Source: Candidatus Woesearchaeota archaeon (GTDB lineage Archaea > Nanobdellota > Nanobdellia > Woesearchaeales > UBA10216). From it: a DNA stretch of 64,000 nucleotides. Location: positions 3,989 to 67,988 of the forward strand of contig JACPTE010000021.1 in the NCBI GenBank assembly GCA_016192945.1, read 5' to 3'. Positions 16,975-26,466 of this stretch are shown in pieces (positions within the stretch are counted from its first letter, which is position 1; the number at the start of each line of letters is the position of its first letter). The notes below the pieces were generated by a model that was not told where the DNA came from, ran no database searches, and saw only the letters and a list, made by a program, of their open reading frames with translations. The position numbers and the translations under genes were made by a program.

Positions 16975-19900
16975 TTTACCTTTTCTATCCTGACCTTAAA
17001 GTAAAGTGTCATGTTCCCCAAGGGATGAGCTGCCGGATTAGTGCCATAAGCCTTCTCAGGCGGAACTTTAATGACTGCCTCATCCCCCTTCTTCAGCCCA
17101 ATCATCTTCTCCTCAAGGCCTGGAATTATCGTCCTGTTTCCAACCCTGAATGTGAATGGGCTTGAATCCTGGTCAAACTTGGAGTCCTTCGTGACTTTCT
17201 TGCTTATCCAGTTGCTTATTGAGCTGTCAAAAACCCTGCCATCCTCCAGATAACCTATGTAGTTGAATGTAACCTCATCGCCAGAGCTGATGTTCCTGCT
17301 TAAAAGCTCACGCTTTATCAAAGGCTCCCCGCCATTCCAGTCAACCTTGTAAACATAAATGTCAGCTCCTGTAATGCTCCTCTGGTGTGTAAGCAGCCTG
17401 AAATGACGCAGGCTGTGCCCCTCCATCAGGAACATCCTTGTAAACATGCTTGCATTCAGCTCAGGGGCTGAAACTACCATCCTGTAATTATCACCCTCAG
17501 GTATCACCGTAGCTGTAAGGTCAAACCCTGAGAGTGTGTTCTCCTCAACAGTTTTCTCAGCCACATCAGTATCAGTAAGGTATGCGACCCCCTTCAGGTT
17601 CTTTGGGCCTCCAGGGGCATTCATAAGGTATACCTCATTGCTTGAAATGTTGATTTCCAGGTCTAATGGCTGCCTCTGGTCCCCATTCAGGTATATCCTG
17701 TCGCACTGTGCAACATCCCCCTTCCTCTGGCAGGATGGGAAGCCCATGAATCCGGGCCATGGCGAAACCCACGAATTCGCCTGCGAATCAGAGAATGACT
17801 GGATATCAAAATAAGTCTGCTCTGCCTTGTCTTTGGTGTAATTGAATTTTTGCTGCATCTCGGCAACAGCCTCATCCTGGCTCTTTGACCTCAGCTTCTG
17901 CCATATGTACGCCCGCTCAAAGTTCCAGCTTCCAAAATGAGCCCACACTCCAGCCTTGCCTATCATGTCCTCAGATGCTATCACAAATGCCTCTGGCGGA
18001 TTGCAGTGGGTGTAGTTAAGCACGCTTTCTGACTGCTCTGGACTCATGCCGTATTTTTTTGCAAGCACTTCCCCTGCATCAGCCCTGTCCTTTTCAAATA
18101 TGCTGTAAAGGACGGTTACTGACTTAAGGGTATCCCCCTTGTTTGTTTTCTGGACCTCATCAAAGGCATTATTCCCCCCGCAGTCAAGCATCCTCAGGAT
18201 TCCAACAGCCATATCCTCGTTGTCTGTCTCAAGCAGCTTCCCAACCCAATGAGCCTGGGGGCTGCCCTGCGTTGTGCCATCAAAAGTAACAGGCCTCTCT
18301 GCCAGCGCCTTGAAGTGATGCCCGAAATCCCACCATGACGTGATTATAGCTGTCTTGCCTGAATTGTCCCTTATTGAGGTTAATGCGTTAAACCACGCGT
18401 CGTTAATCATTGGGGAGTCCTGCCTGGCGATGCTCAATGAAACTCCCAGCACGTCTGTAGGGAAAATAAGTATCAGCAGCGAGATTAACAGGAGAGAAAT
18501 GCTTGTGACGGTCCTGTCTATCTTAAGCTCCCTTGACAGGATGTTATTAAGGTTCCTGTACAGGAAGCCAATCGCTATGCCAATCGCTATGCCAAAAGCA
18601 GGGGCAATCAGCATCATGAACCGCTGCCCCTTGATGCTTGCATAAATCGTGACAATATACCATAGTATGAGCAGCACTGAAAGCTTCATGTCTATCGGGT
18701 CAGACCTCAGAGCAGCATAAACACCCCTGACAATAACAGGAATGGACAGCAGGGCAATGAACGTGAGCTGGGAGAAGCTATCCCTCAACAGAATCAAAAC
18801 CAGCCACCAGAGCGCTGCAAGCGCAATGAACATAAGCTCGGTCGTGTCAACCTTCCTCTTGGTCATAGCAAGCATTATTCCCAAAAGGGAGAGGAAGAAA
18901 AGGAAGACGCCCCCCACATTGTCTATTATCATGTTTACGCTACCCTCATTAAGCTCGGCAACGGTTGTAAGGACATTAGGCCATAATGTCGGCTCAACAG
19001 GATTCTTTATCTTAGCAAAACCGAGGGCAGTAATCGGGGGCTGGAGATAATCAGCTCCAGAGATTAACACTACGAAAATCCCTGATGACAGCATGAATGC
19101 CAACCCAACAACAGCCAATGCCCTGACATCAGGCCTCAGCAGGAAGCCCCTCGGATTCGCCCTGAGCTCCCTGAAATGGGTCACAACCAGATATGCGCCG
19201 TATATTGCTGATGAGGCTATCAGGAAGTCAAAGATAAACCACCAGCCACCCCAAAATCTTGTGTAAAGCCCGACTGAAAGCCCTGCAAGGGCTGAAACCA
19301 GCAGCTGCCACCTTAGCTTCCTTGATTCAATAGCCGAAAGGAACAGGAAAGTCACAAGAATGGAAAAAAACACCACCCATGTGTCAGAGTCGCCGTGGCC
19401 ATACAGGCTTCTGGAAAGGAATGAGGCGTTCAAAGACATGAATGCCGCAGCAAAAAACCCGCCAACATCACCTGCGAGCCTCCTTGCAATCAGAAAAACC
19501 AGCACAGCTGAAATGGCTGAAACTATCACCGGGTAAATCATCTCAGCCTGCATCAGTGTAATCTCTGAGCTGAAAACCCTCAATAACCTGAAAAGGAGGG
19601 CTATTGAATAAGGATGGAATGTGTCTTCCGGCTCTACGAACCTGCCATCAGGGGCAAGCTGGAATGTATCATAGCTTTTCCCATCCCTAAGCACATCTCC
19701 AGGGTAGCCGTGGTCAAGTATGTTCCTTGCGTACCTGAGCCAGTAGTAAGGGTCTATGTCAGGCATGTAAAGGTTGCCCTTCTCGTCCTCAAAAAACGAC
19801 TTGTAATAGTCAGAGGTAATCTTTATCTGCTGACTTATGCTCATCTGCTGCCCAGCATACTGGCCTGTCTTGAACACATACACATCGCTGGAAATGGCCT

Positions 19901-20465
19901 TCCTGAACTCCTCATCCACAATCCCATTCTTGTTCTCATTAGGCAAGTTGGGATATTGCGAGTCCACAAGGTTTCCTAAATCGCCCCTGATAAGGTTATA
20001 GACTGACTCTGTTGCAGAATTGTCAGCATACACCATGTATGCTGGCAGCATCCTCACATAAACGCAAAGCCCTACAACAAATAAGATAGCCAGAACCGGA
20101 ATAATCAGGCCGCTCTTCTCGCGAAGAAATGCAACTGCCGCCCTCGCATCAATTGAGATGTCTTCCTCTTCCTTTTTTAACCCGGGCTCATGATGCTCTC
20201 CATGCTGCTTCCCAACATGAGACTTGGTAACTCCTGATTCCTTTTTCCTGAACAATCCTGAGAAATCAATGCTTATCTCATCATCATGCTCCTCTTGAGC
20301 AGAATCATGATGCTCCTTGTGCCCCTTATGCTCTTCATGCCTTTCAGCTGATTCACCAGGCTGACTCTTATGGGAAGATGCCTTCTTTCCGAATGGCCAA
20401 AGCTTCTTAAGGTCTATGCTTATCTCATCATCGCTATCGTGCTTTCCATCCTGCTCATCATCCAT
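16971..20465 (-). CDS. aglB: Oligosaccharyltransferase AglB (STT3) with a C-terminal FKBP-type PPIase domain
   Basis: DPYYW, D.D (GDSD), TVAE, RF, SWWDFGH and DMIGK motifs; C-terminal V.FNYIGYLEDGRVFDSS...FRVG...IIPGLEE...MIGLKKG...VPPEKAYG is FKBP-like. Confidence 0.93.
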   Translation of the reverse strand: MDDEQDGKHDSDDEISIDLKKLWPFGKKASSHKSQPGESAERHEEHKGHKEHHDSAQEEHDDEISIDFSGLFRKKESGVTKSHVGKQHGEHHEPGLKKEEEDISIDARAAVAFLREKSGLIIPVLAILFVVGLCVYVRMLPAYMVYADNSATESVYNLIRGDLGNLVDSQYPNLPNENKNGIVDEEFRKAISSDVYVFKTGQYAGQQMSISQQIKITSDYYKSFFEDEKGNLYMPDIDPYYWLRYARNILDHGYPGDVLRDGKSYDTFQLAPDGRFVEPEDTFHPYSIALLFRLLRVFSSEITLMQAEMIYPVIVSAISAVLVFLIARRLAGDVGGFFAAAFMSLNASFLSRSLYGHGDSDTWVVFFSILVTFLFLSAIESRKLRWQLLVSALAGLSVGLYTRFWGGWWFIFDFLIASSAIYGAYLVVTHFRELRANPRGFLLRPDVRALAVVGLAFMLSSGIFVVLISGADYLQPPITALGFAKIKNPVEPTLWPNVLTTVAELNEGSVNMIIDNVGGVFLFFLSLLGIMLAMTKRKVDTTELMFIALAALWWLVLILLRDSFSQLTFIALLSIPVIVRGVYAALRSDPIDMKLSVLLILWYIVTIYASIKGQRFMMLIAPAFGIAIGIAIGFLYRNLNNILSRELKIDRTVTSISLLLISLLILIFPTDVLGVSLSIARQDSPMINDAWFNALTSIRDNSGKTAIITSWWDFGHHFKALAERPVTFDGTTQGSPQAHWVGKLLETDNEDMAVGILRMLDCGGNNAFDEVQKTNKGDTLKSVTVLYSIFEKDRADAGEVLAKKYGMSPEQSESVLNYTHCNPPEAFVIASEDMIGKAGVWAHFGSWNFERAYIWQKLRSKSQDEAVAEMQQKFNYTKDKAEQTYFDIQSFSDSQANSWVSPWPGFMGFPSCQRKGDVAQCDRIYLNGDQRQPLDLEINISSNEVYLMNAPGGPKNLKGVAYLTDTDVAEKTVEENTLSGFDLTATVIPEGDNYRMVVSAPELNASMFTRMFLMEGHSLRHFRLLTHQRSITGADIYVYKVDWNGGEPLIKRELLSRNISSGDEVTFNYIGYLEDGRVFDSSISNWISKKVTKDSKFDQDSSPFTFRVGNRTIIPGLEEKMIGLKKGDEAVIKVPPEKAYGTNPAAHPLGNMTLYFKVRIEKVK

Positions 20466-20751
20466 TTTCCCCAACCCTGCCTCTGCAAAAAACCATCCAT
20501 TTATAAAACTTGTGCATGAGCTTCGGAAAGATTTATGGAAAGAAGTCCTCTATAATAAACAGTCTTCTTTTTCTCTTTTCTCTTTCATGGCGGGGTACGC
20601 TCCCACCCCCGGCAGACTAACGGCTGCTCGGGTTATTCAAAAGAAATCCGACACCCCATGTCAAAGACCGGGGGATTGCTCGCTCCCTTCTGTCGCTCGG
20701 TCGGATTTCTAAGAATAAAAATATTCCCGATGAATGTACATAGAAGATTTA

Positions 20752-20772
20752 CCACCAGTTAGAAACTGGTGG
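20752..20772. terminator. Hairpin downstream of the wHTH remnant
   Basis: CCACCAGTT-AGA-AACTGGTGG perfect 9-bp stem. Confidence 0.4.
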
Positions 20773-20804
20773 AATATTTTTATTTAACTTTTCTACTAAA
20801 CTGC

Positions 20805-21018
20805 TTATGCTAGAACTCCTACTTTCTTTCCCTTTTCTTCTTCTACGTGATCCAATTTTTCTAGAAGCAAATTGTCATACAGTTCAATCAACTGTTTAAC
20901 AGCAATGTTCTCTTTATTAATTTTGTAAAGGGTAGCTCTTCCAATCTTTCTTGTCTTTACAACGATTCCTAATTCTAAAATTTTAGGAACCAATGTATTT
21001 AAAGTTCCCCAACTTACT
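20805..21018 (-). pseudogene. 5'-truncated winged-helix transcription regulator
   Basis: Frame reads VSWGTLNTLVPKILELGIVVKTRKIGRATLYKINKEN (recognition helix plus wing); the N-terminal half is missing exactly at the MITE-like element. Confidence 0.7.
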
Positions 21019-21153
21019 GGCTCAGGTGAAAGTCTCCTGAAGGGGCTCGTCTATAACAGTGTCACCTAGTTACTGCACAATATAGATTGCATCTTTTATG
21101 GCGATATATCGGTTCAAATTGCTAACAGGTATGCTAACATTTTCACCGGAGCC
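21019..21153. mobile_element. 135-bp MITE-like element with terminal inverted repeats
   Basis: Left end GGCTCAGGTGAAA; right end reverse-complements to GGCTCCGGTGAAA (12/13 match); non-coding; no target-site duplication visible. Confidence 0.65.
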
Positions 21154-21163
21154 TATAAATTGA

Positions 21164-22063
21164 CTATTTCTTCATGAACAGGAAGATTGTTGCAGCCCCA
21201 AGGTAGTTCATCATCAGCAGTATTATGTGCGCGCTTATGGTTATTTCAGCAGGGACGCCCTTAAGCCCGTAGAGAACGACTGCTGCTCCCTCTTTGATTC
21301 CAAGCCCGGACATTGTTATGGGTATTAGCGATAGGAGCATGGTTGTTGCGCTTATTGTCACTATCACAACCATGCTTACAGGCTTTCCGAAGGAAAGGAA
21401 TGCAAGGTAAGTGACAACTGCTGTAAGCCCCCACTTAAGGAATGTTATTGCTGTGTTTGCAATCACTGCCTTTTTCTCTTCAAAAACAAGGTATCTTGTT
21501 GTTTTTGAGAATCCTGCAAAGATTTCCCTGTGCTTCCCAAGTATGCTCTTGATGATGCCTGTTCCGAATGGGGTAAGAATGAATACGGCAGCTGTAATAA
21601 TCGCTGTAATTGTCACTCCAGTCAGGAGGATTGCCTGCTGTATTGGCAGGAATATGAAGAATCCTATGAATGCGAGGCAGCAGAGCGTTATGGTTGTTGT
21701 CAGCTTGTCCAGTACTGAGACTGCTGTTGCCTGTCCTATGCTCATGTGCTCTTTTGCAAGGTACACGAATGAGAATTCCCCCACTTTTCCTGGTATTACC
21801 ATCCCGAATGCCCATGCCCGGATGTAGTATCTCCACATTTCTCCCATTTTTATCCTGACTTTCAGGGCATCTGTCAGGATTTTCAGGTTGTATGCTCCTA
21901 TGAAAAGCCCGAGTATGAAAAGTATTATTATTGCGGGCAGGTAAATAAGGTTCATTGTTGTTATTGTGGCAGCTATCTCCTTTATGCCGACTTTGTAGAG
22001 GAGCAGTACCATTATGGCCAGCCCTAAGGCAATCTTTGCAATGCTGGATAGTTTGATGCTCAT
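21164..22063 (-). CDS. Lysylphosphatidylglycerol-synthase TM / flippase-like domain protein (UPF0104, AglD C-terminal-like)
   Basis: PGKVGE, LDK and IPITMSGLGIKEG motifs; ~8 TM helices. Confidence 0.85.
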   Translation of the reverse strand: MSIKLSSIAKIALGLAIMVLLLYKVGIKEIAATITTMNLIYLPAIIILFILGLFIGAYNLKILTDALKVRIKMGEMWRYYIRAWAFGMVIPGKVGEFSFVYLAKEHMSIGQATAVSVLDKLTTTITLCCLAFIGFFIFLPIQQAILLTGVTITAIITAAVFILTPFGTGIIKSILGKHREIFAGFSKTTRYLVFEEKKAVIANTAITFLKWGLTAVVTYLAFLSFGKPVSMVVIVTISATTMLLSLIPITMSGLGIKEGAAVVLYGLKGVPAEITISAHIILLMMNYLGAATIFLFMKK

Positions 22064-22524
22064 TTGCGTATGTTGGCAACTTCTCCCCTGTTGGCTCTTT
22101 GCAGCTCTTTGGTTGGTATCCTTATTAGGGAGTTTGGCGTTCCCCCGCTTGTGTAAACTTTTTCTTTTTCCATTACTTTGTAGTCTATGAGGAACATGGC
22201 AGGATAGCCGAATGATGGGACGCCTCCAACAGGGTATCCTGTCTTTTGGAGTATCTCATCTGGTGTTGCTGTCCTGGGCCTCTCAATATTGAGGAGTTTC
22301 CCGATTTTTGTTGTGCTTGCCCTGTCCATTGCCTTTACCAGTGCAACTATTATTTCTCCATTGGCTCCTGCAAGGCATATGTTTTTGATGAAGTCCTCAA
22401 TGTCAGCCTTTGCAGTAATGGCAGCCTCTTCTGCTGAGTGGCACGATTCCCTGAAAGCCATGTATTCCCCACGGATGCTGTGCTTCTGCATGTATTCCTT
22501 GAGCTTCTTCTCGTATTCGTTCAT
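22060..22524 (-). CDS. YbaK/ProX-family aminoacyl-tRNA deacylase
   Basis: SAEEAA, IKNI, TGYPVGGVPSFG, SGG motifs. Confidence 0.88.
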   Translation of the reverse strand: MNEYEKKLKEYMQKHSIRGEYMAFRESCHSAEEAAITAKADIEDFIKNICLAGANGEIIVALVKAMDRASTTKIGKLLNIERPRTATPDEILQKTGYPVGGVPSFGYPAMFLIDYKVMEKEKVYTSGGTPNSLIRIPTKELQRANRGEVANIRK

Positions 22525-23399
22525 CTTCTCTGCATGTCAGCCAGAAATCCGAATAGTATTATTTGTATCCCTGTGGTTATGAATATCCCTGATAGTATGA
22601 CCCTTGGTATGCCCCCCACCTCACCTGTTGTCAGGAATGAGTATGTCACGAATGCCCCCAGTATTGAGCCGATTGCCAGTATCATGCCTCCAAAAAGCCC
22701 GAAGAACTTGAGCGGCTCATAATCGCGATAAATCCTGAGCAGGGTTATCCATGACTTCATTGCATAGTCAAGCGGGTTTCTTAGGAGCCTGCTTTTCCCT
22801 GACTTTCTCTTAAGGAAGTCCACAGGGACTTCTGTTATCCTGAGCCTTGCCCTTGAAGCCCTTAGTATCTGCTCCTGGGTGTATGTATAGCTGGATATTA
22901 TGGGCAGCTGGGCAACCTCCCTTGTGAAAGCCCTCAGGCCTGTCTGGGAGTCGGTTATCTTTTGCCTTGTTATCTGTGATATTACGCTTGAGAATGCCTT
23001 GTTCCCGAACCTGTTCAGCGCAGGCATGTATTGTATTTTTCCTGCAAACCTTGAGCCGAGCACCAGGTCGTTTCCCTCCCTGACTTTCTGGATAAGCCTT
23101 GGGATGTCTTCTGCATTGTATTGCCCGTCTGAGTCTGTGTGGACTATTATTCCTGCCTTGTGCTCAATTGCTTTTTGCATCTCTGTCTTGAATGCCTCTG
23201 CAAGGCCGTAATTCTTCGGGTGCGAGTAAACTACAGCCCCCTCTTTTTTGGCCTCCTGTGCAGTGTTGTCTGTTGAGCCGTCATTTACTGCGATTATTTC
23301 GTAAATGTATTTCTTATCAAGAACCCTTTTTATCTCGCGTATTACGCTGCCTATTGTTTTCTCCTCATTATATGCCGGTATGGTAACTACTACCTTCAT
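22521..23399 (-). CDS. GT2 glycosyltransferase with two C-terminal TM helices
   Basis: IPAYNEE, NDGSTD, DSDGQY, DSQTGLRA. Confidence 0.92.
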   Translation of the reverse strand: MKVVVTIPAYNEEKTIGSVIREIKRVLDKKYIYEIIAVNDGSTDNTAQEAKKEGAVVYSHPKNYGLAEAFKTEMQKAIEHKAGIIVHTDSDGQYNAEDIPRLIQKVREGNDLVLGSRFAGKIQYMPALNRFGNKAFSSVISQITRQKITDSQTGLRAFTREVAQLPIISSYTYTQEQILRASRARLRITEVPVDFLKRKSGKSRLLRNPLDYAMKSWITLLRIYRDYEPLKFFGLFGGMILAIGSILGAFVTYSFLTTGEVGGIPRVILSGIFITTGIQIILFGFLADMQRR

Positions 23400-23449
23400 C
23401 CTCTCTTAAAACGGCAATATATTTATATATGTTTCCATAACCCTTGCGC

Positions 23450-25291
23450 ATGGGTTTTGCCTCTGTTTTGCTGTTTTTCATGTACACTTATGGATTGGGC
23501 TTCTCTCTGTCAAGGTTTGTTAGGAATTCTGATAATTTCCTTGAGAGGAATATCATGCGTTTTGGGTTTGGCCTTGCAGGGCTTGTTGTTCTTGGAGTAA
23601 TACTGAACTTTCTTAAGCTGCCTGTTGACTGGGGCATTTTCCTTTTCATCAGCCTGGTTCCTGCCCTGTTTATTGCAGGGCTTGACTACCTTTCAAGCAA
23701 GCCCAGGGTTGGGTTTGAGTTCAGGGTGAGGAAGTCGGACATCTGGGCATTGCTGGCTTTGGGCGTGTTCGTTTTTGCATTGGTTATGTATTCGGGAGGA
23801 GCCTTGAAGTATCCATACCTTGAGGATGAGGACCCGTGGGGGCATGCTGTGGGGGCTAAATATGTAGCGGTTGAGAAGAAGGCGTATGACACTGCTGTTT
23901 ATAACTTCGCATATATGGACCCTTATCCTCCTGGCTATGATATCCTGATGGGCGTGCTTCACCAGACAGAGCCCTCGCTTCAGTTTGTGCTGAAATTCTT
24001 CAATGGGCTTATTATTGCCCTTGGCATCTTGTGGTTTTATTTTGTTGCAAAGCATCTTGCAGGCCCTGGAAAAGCTGCATTTTCTGCCTTTGTGCTTGCG
24101 ATGATTCCTTCTTATTTTACGCATTTCATCTGGGCACATTCGCTTGTAATCGCCCTTTTTTTCCCGGCGATGTATGCCTTCTGGATGATTAAGGAGGACA
24201 GGCGCTGGATTGTTCCTTCAGCCTTTTGCGTGGCTGCCATTTTGCTTTCCCAGCCAGACCAGCCTATCAAGCTCGCTGTCATGATTTTCGTGTTTATTGC
24301 AGTCAGGGCATGGCATGATAGGAGGTTTCCTGTCTGCGAGATTTCAGCAGGAATGCTTGGTGTTGCAATCTCCCTTTTGTGGTGGGCTTCCAGGGCTGTT
24401 GCAATGTTTGGGTATGCAAACACGATTGCCGGCGGCTCTGCCTTTGGAGCGGCTGGCGGCTCTGCCTCAAGGCCTTATTCTTTTGCTGACTTTGTATTTC
24501 CGAATGCGATTCCTGGAAATTCCCTGATTAATGTTCCTCCTGGTTTCGGCCCTGTTGTTTCCATTCTCCTTGTTTTGGGCCTTGTTGCTGTTGCCTTGAG
24601 CTATAAGCGCATTTTGAGGAATGAGAAGCCTTGGCTTGCTCTTGTTTTCATCTGGTTCCTGTTCGCTTTTATTTTCACGAATTCAGCAACTTTAGGACTG
24701 CCTTTCGGGCTTAACCCTTTCAGGTTCTGGCTGCTTCTTGCGATTCCTGTTGCTGTTCTTGCAGCAGAGGGCGCTTGGTTTGCCGCCTCTTTCATAAGGC
24801 TTCCCGAGCCTGTGAAGATGGGCATCGTAATTGTCCTTGCAGTGCTGGTTTTCAGCACGTCTGGTCTGTACAAGTGGGGCATTAACAACTCTACAGGCTG
24901 GTATGGCGGTCCTCTTGCTGTTGAGGGCTCGCTGCCTGGCTATCTGTGGCTCAAGACACTTCCTCCAAATGCAAGGGTTTTGTCTTTCGGTGACGCCTCA
25001 TTCATAATTGGTCTGGATGCCTATAGCTGTGCATGGTGCCCTGAGGATGTCAGCTTCAGGAAGGGCGCTTATTCCCGCTCTCCGGATGAGATTCATTCAT
25101 TCATGAAGAGGCAGGGCTACGAGTTCCTTCTCCTTAGCTCCATTGAGCTGGGGGATAATTCTGACGGCTCTCAATACCGCTTCTATAACCAGACAGTCCT
25201 GAAGAAGGAGATTGAGCTTGGCAACTCGTCATTGTTCTCCACTGCAAATATTTATGAGAATGGGGCTGTTGCTGTTTTCAGGGCTAACTAG
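23450..25291 (+). CDS. Polytopic membrane protein, putative GT-C glycosyltransferase
   Basis: ~13 TM helices, first-loop EDEDPWGH and YPPG motifs, RF motif, extracellular C-terminal domain (WLK.LP.NA...Y.NGAVAVF). Confidence 0.6.
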   Translation: MGFASVLLFFMYTYGLGFSLSRFVRNSDNFLERNIMRFGFGLAGLVVLGVILNFLKLPVDWGIFLFISLVPALFIAGLDYLSSKPRVGFEFRVRKSDIWALLALGVFVFALVMYSGGALKYPYLEDEDPWGHAVGAKYVAVEKKAYDTAVYNFAYMDPYPPGYDILMGVLHQTEPSLQFVLKFFNGLIIALGILWFYFVAKHLAGPGKAAFSAFVLAMIPSYFTHFIWAHSLVIALFFPAMYAFWMIKEDRRWIVPSAFCVAAILLSQPDQPIKLAVMIFVFIAVRAWHDRRFPVCEISAGMLGVAISLLWWASRAVAMFGYANTIAGGSAFGAAGGSASRPYSFADFVFPNAIPGNSLINVPPGFGPVVSILLVLGLVAVALSYKRILRNEKPWLALVFIWFLFAFIFTNSATLGLPFGLNPFRFWLLLAIPVAVLAAEGAWFAASFIRLPEPVKMGIVIVLAVLVFSTSGLYKWGINNSTGWYGGPLAVEGSLPGYLWLKTLPPNARVLSFGDASFIIGLDAYSCAWCPEDVSFRKGAYSRSPDEIHSFMKRQGYEFLLLSSIELGDNSDGSQYRFYNQTVLKKEIELGNSSLFSTANIYENGAVAVFRAN

Positions 25292-25341
25292 CTATATTGG
25301 ATTGCATAACATATTTAAATAAACCTGTTTACAGCCGTTTC

Positions 25342-26466
25342 ATGATTCCCCTGTTCAAGCCTTCAATGGGAGAGGACGAGGTCAACGCAGTCAGGGAGGT
25401 CATTGAGTCTGGCTGGATAGGGCTCGGCCCAAAGACTGAGGAGTTTGAGAGGCTGTTCGCAGAATATGTTGGCTCAAAATACGCTGTCGGCACTAATTCT
25501 GCCACTGCTGCGTTGCATCTTGCAGTCAAGGTTCTGGGCCTTCCAAGAGGAAGCGATATCCTGACAAGCCCCATGACTTTCATCTCAACTGCGATGGCCG
25601 CAAGTTACAATGATTTAAACCCTGTATTTGTTGACATTGAGCCTGACACGCTGAACATGGATGCCAATGACCTTAAGCAGAAGATTACCAAAAAAACCAG
25701 GGCTGTTTTGCCTGTTCATTTCGGGGGCCATCCGTGCGATATGGATGCCATCAGGGATTTTGCCAGCGACAACAATCTGGTTGTGCTTGATGATTGCGCC
25801 CATGCTACCGGCTCGCAGTATAAGGGCAGGATGGTTGGGACTCTTGCTGCCATGAGCTGCTTTTCATTTCACGCTGTGAAGAACCTTGCAACAGCAGATG
25901 GCGGGATGATTACCACTGCTAATAAGGATTATTATGAGCACGTAAAAAGGCTGAGGTGGGTGGGCATAGACAAGTCAACTTATGCCAGGGCTAAGAGCTC
26001 TGCCTACAAGTGGGATTATGATGTTGTTGAGCTTGGCTACAAGTACCATCCCAATGATATACTCTCGGCAATCGGGATTGTCCAGCTCAGGAAGATTGAG
26101 AAGACCAATGCCCGTAGAAGGGAGATTTTCAGGATGTATAATGAGGCTTTCAGCAGTATTGGCTGGATGGAAACTCCTGTTCACAGGGAGGGGATTGTAA
26201 GCGCATGCCACAATTATGTTGCCAAGGTCCCTGACAGGGAGGCGCTTATAGCGCACCTTAACAATAGCGGGATTTCAGGTGGAGTTCATTACAAGCCTGC
26301 TTATCTTCATCCGATTTACAGGGATGTAAGGGCTGATTGCCCTGTTACAGATTCTGTCTGGAAGAGGCTTATTACGCTGCCTGTGTTTCCTGACCTTGCT
26401 GATGAGCAGGTCAGCCTGATTATCAAGGCAGTCAGGGGTTTCTCTCCAAAAGGTAGAACTTCCTGA
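25342..26466 (+). CDS. DegT/DnrJ/EryC1/StrS sugar aminotransferase
   Basis: NSATAALHLA, DDCAHA, SFHAVKNL..DGGM. Confidence 0.93.
   Translation: MIPLFKPSMGEDEVNAVREVIESGWIGLGPKTEEFERLFAEYVGSKYAVGTNSATAALHLAVKVLGLPRGSDILTSPMTFISTAMAASYNDLNPVFVDIEPDTLNMDANDLKQKITKKTRAVLPVHFGGHPCDMDAIRDFASDNNLVVLDDCAHATGSQYKGRMVGTLAAMSCFSFHAVKNLATADGGMITTANKDYYEHVKRLRWVGIDKSTYARAKSSAYKWDYDVVELGYKYHPNDILSAIGIVQLRKIEKTNARRREIFRMYNEAFSSIGWMETPVHREGIVSACHNYVAKVPDREALIAHLNNSGISGGVHYKPAYLHPIYRDVRADCPVTDSVWKRLITLPVFPDLADEQVSLIIKAVRGFSPKGRTS

Noticed and set aside
21019..21153. Possible tRNA (contains GGTTCAAAT and paired ends)
   Set aside because: No T-stem pairing or anticodon arm; better explained as terminal inverted repeats
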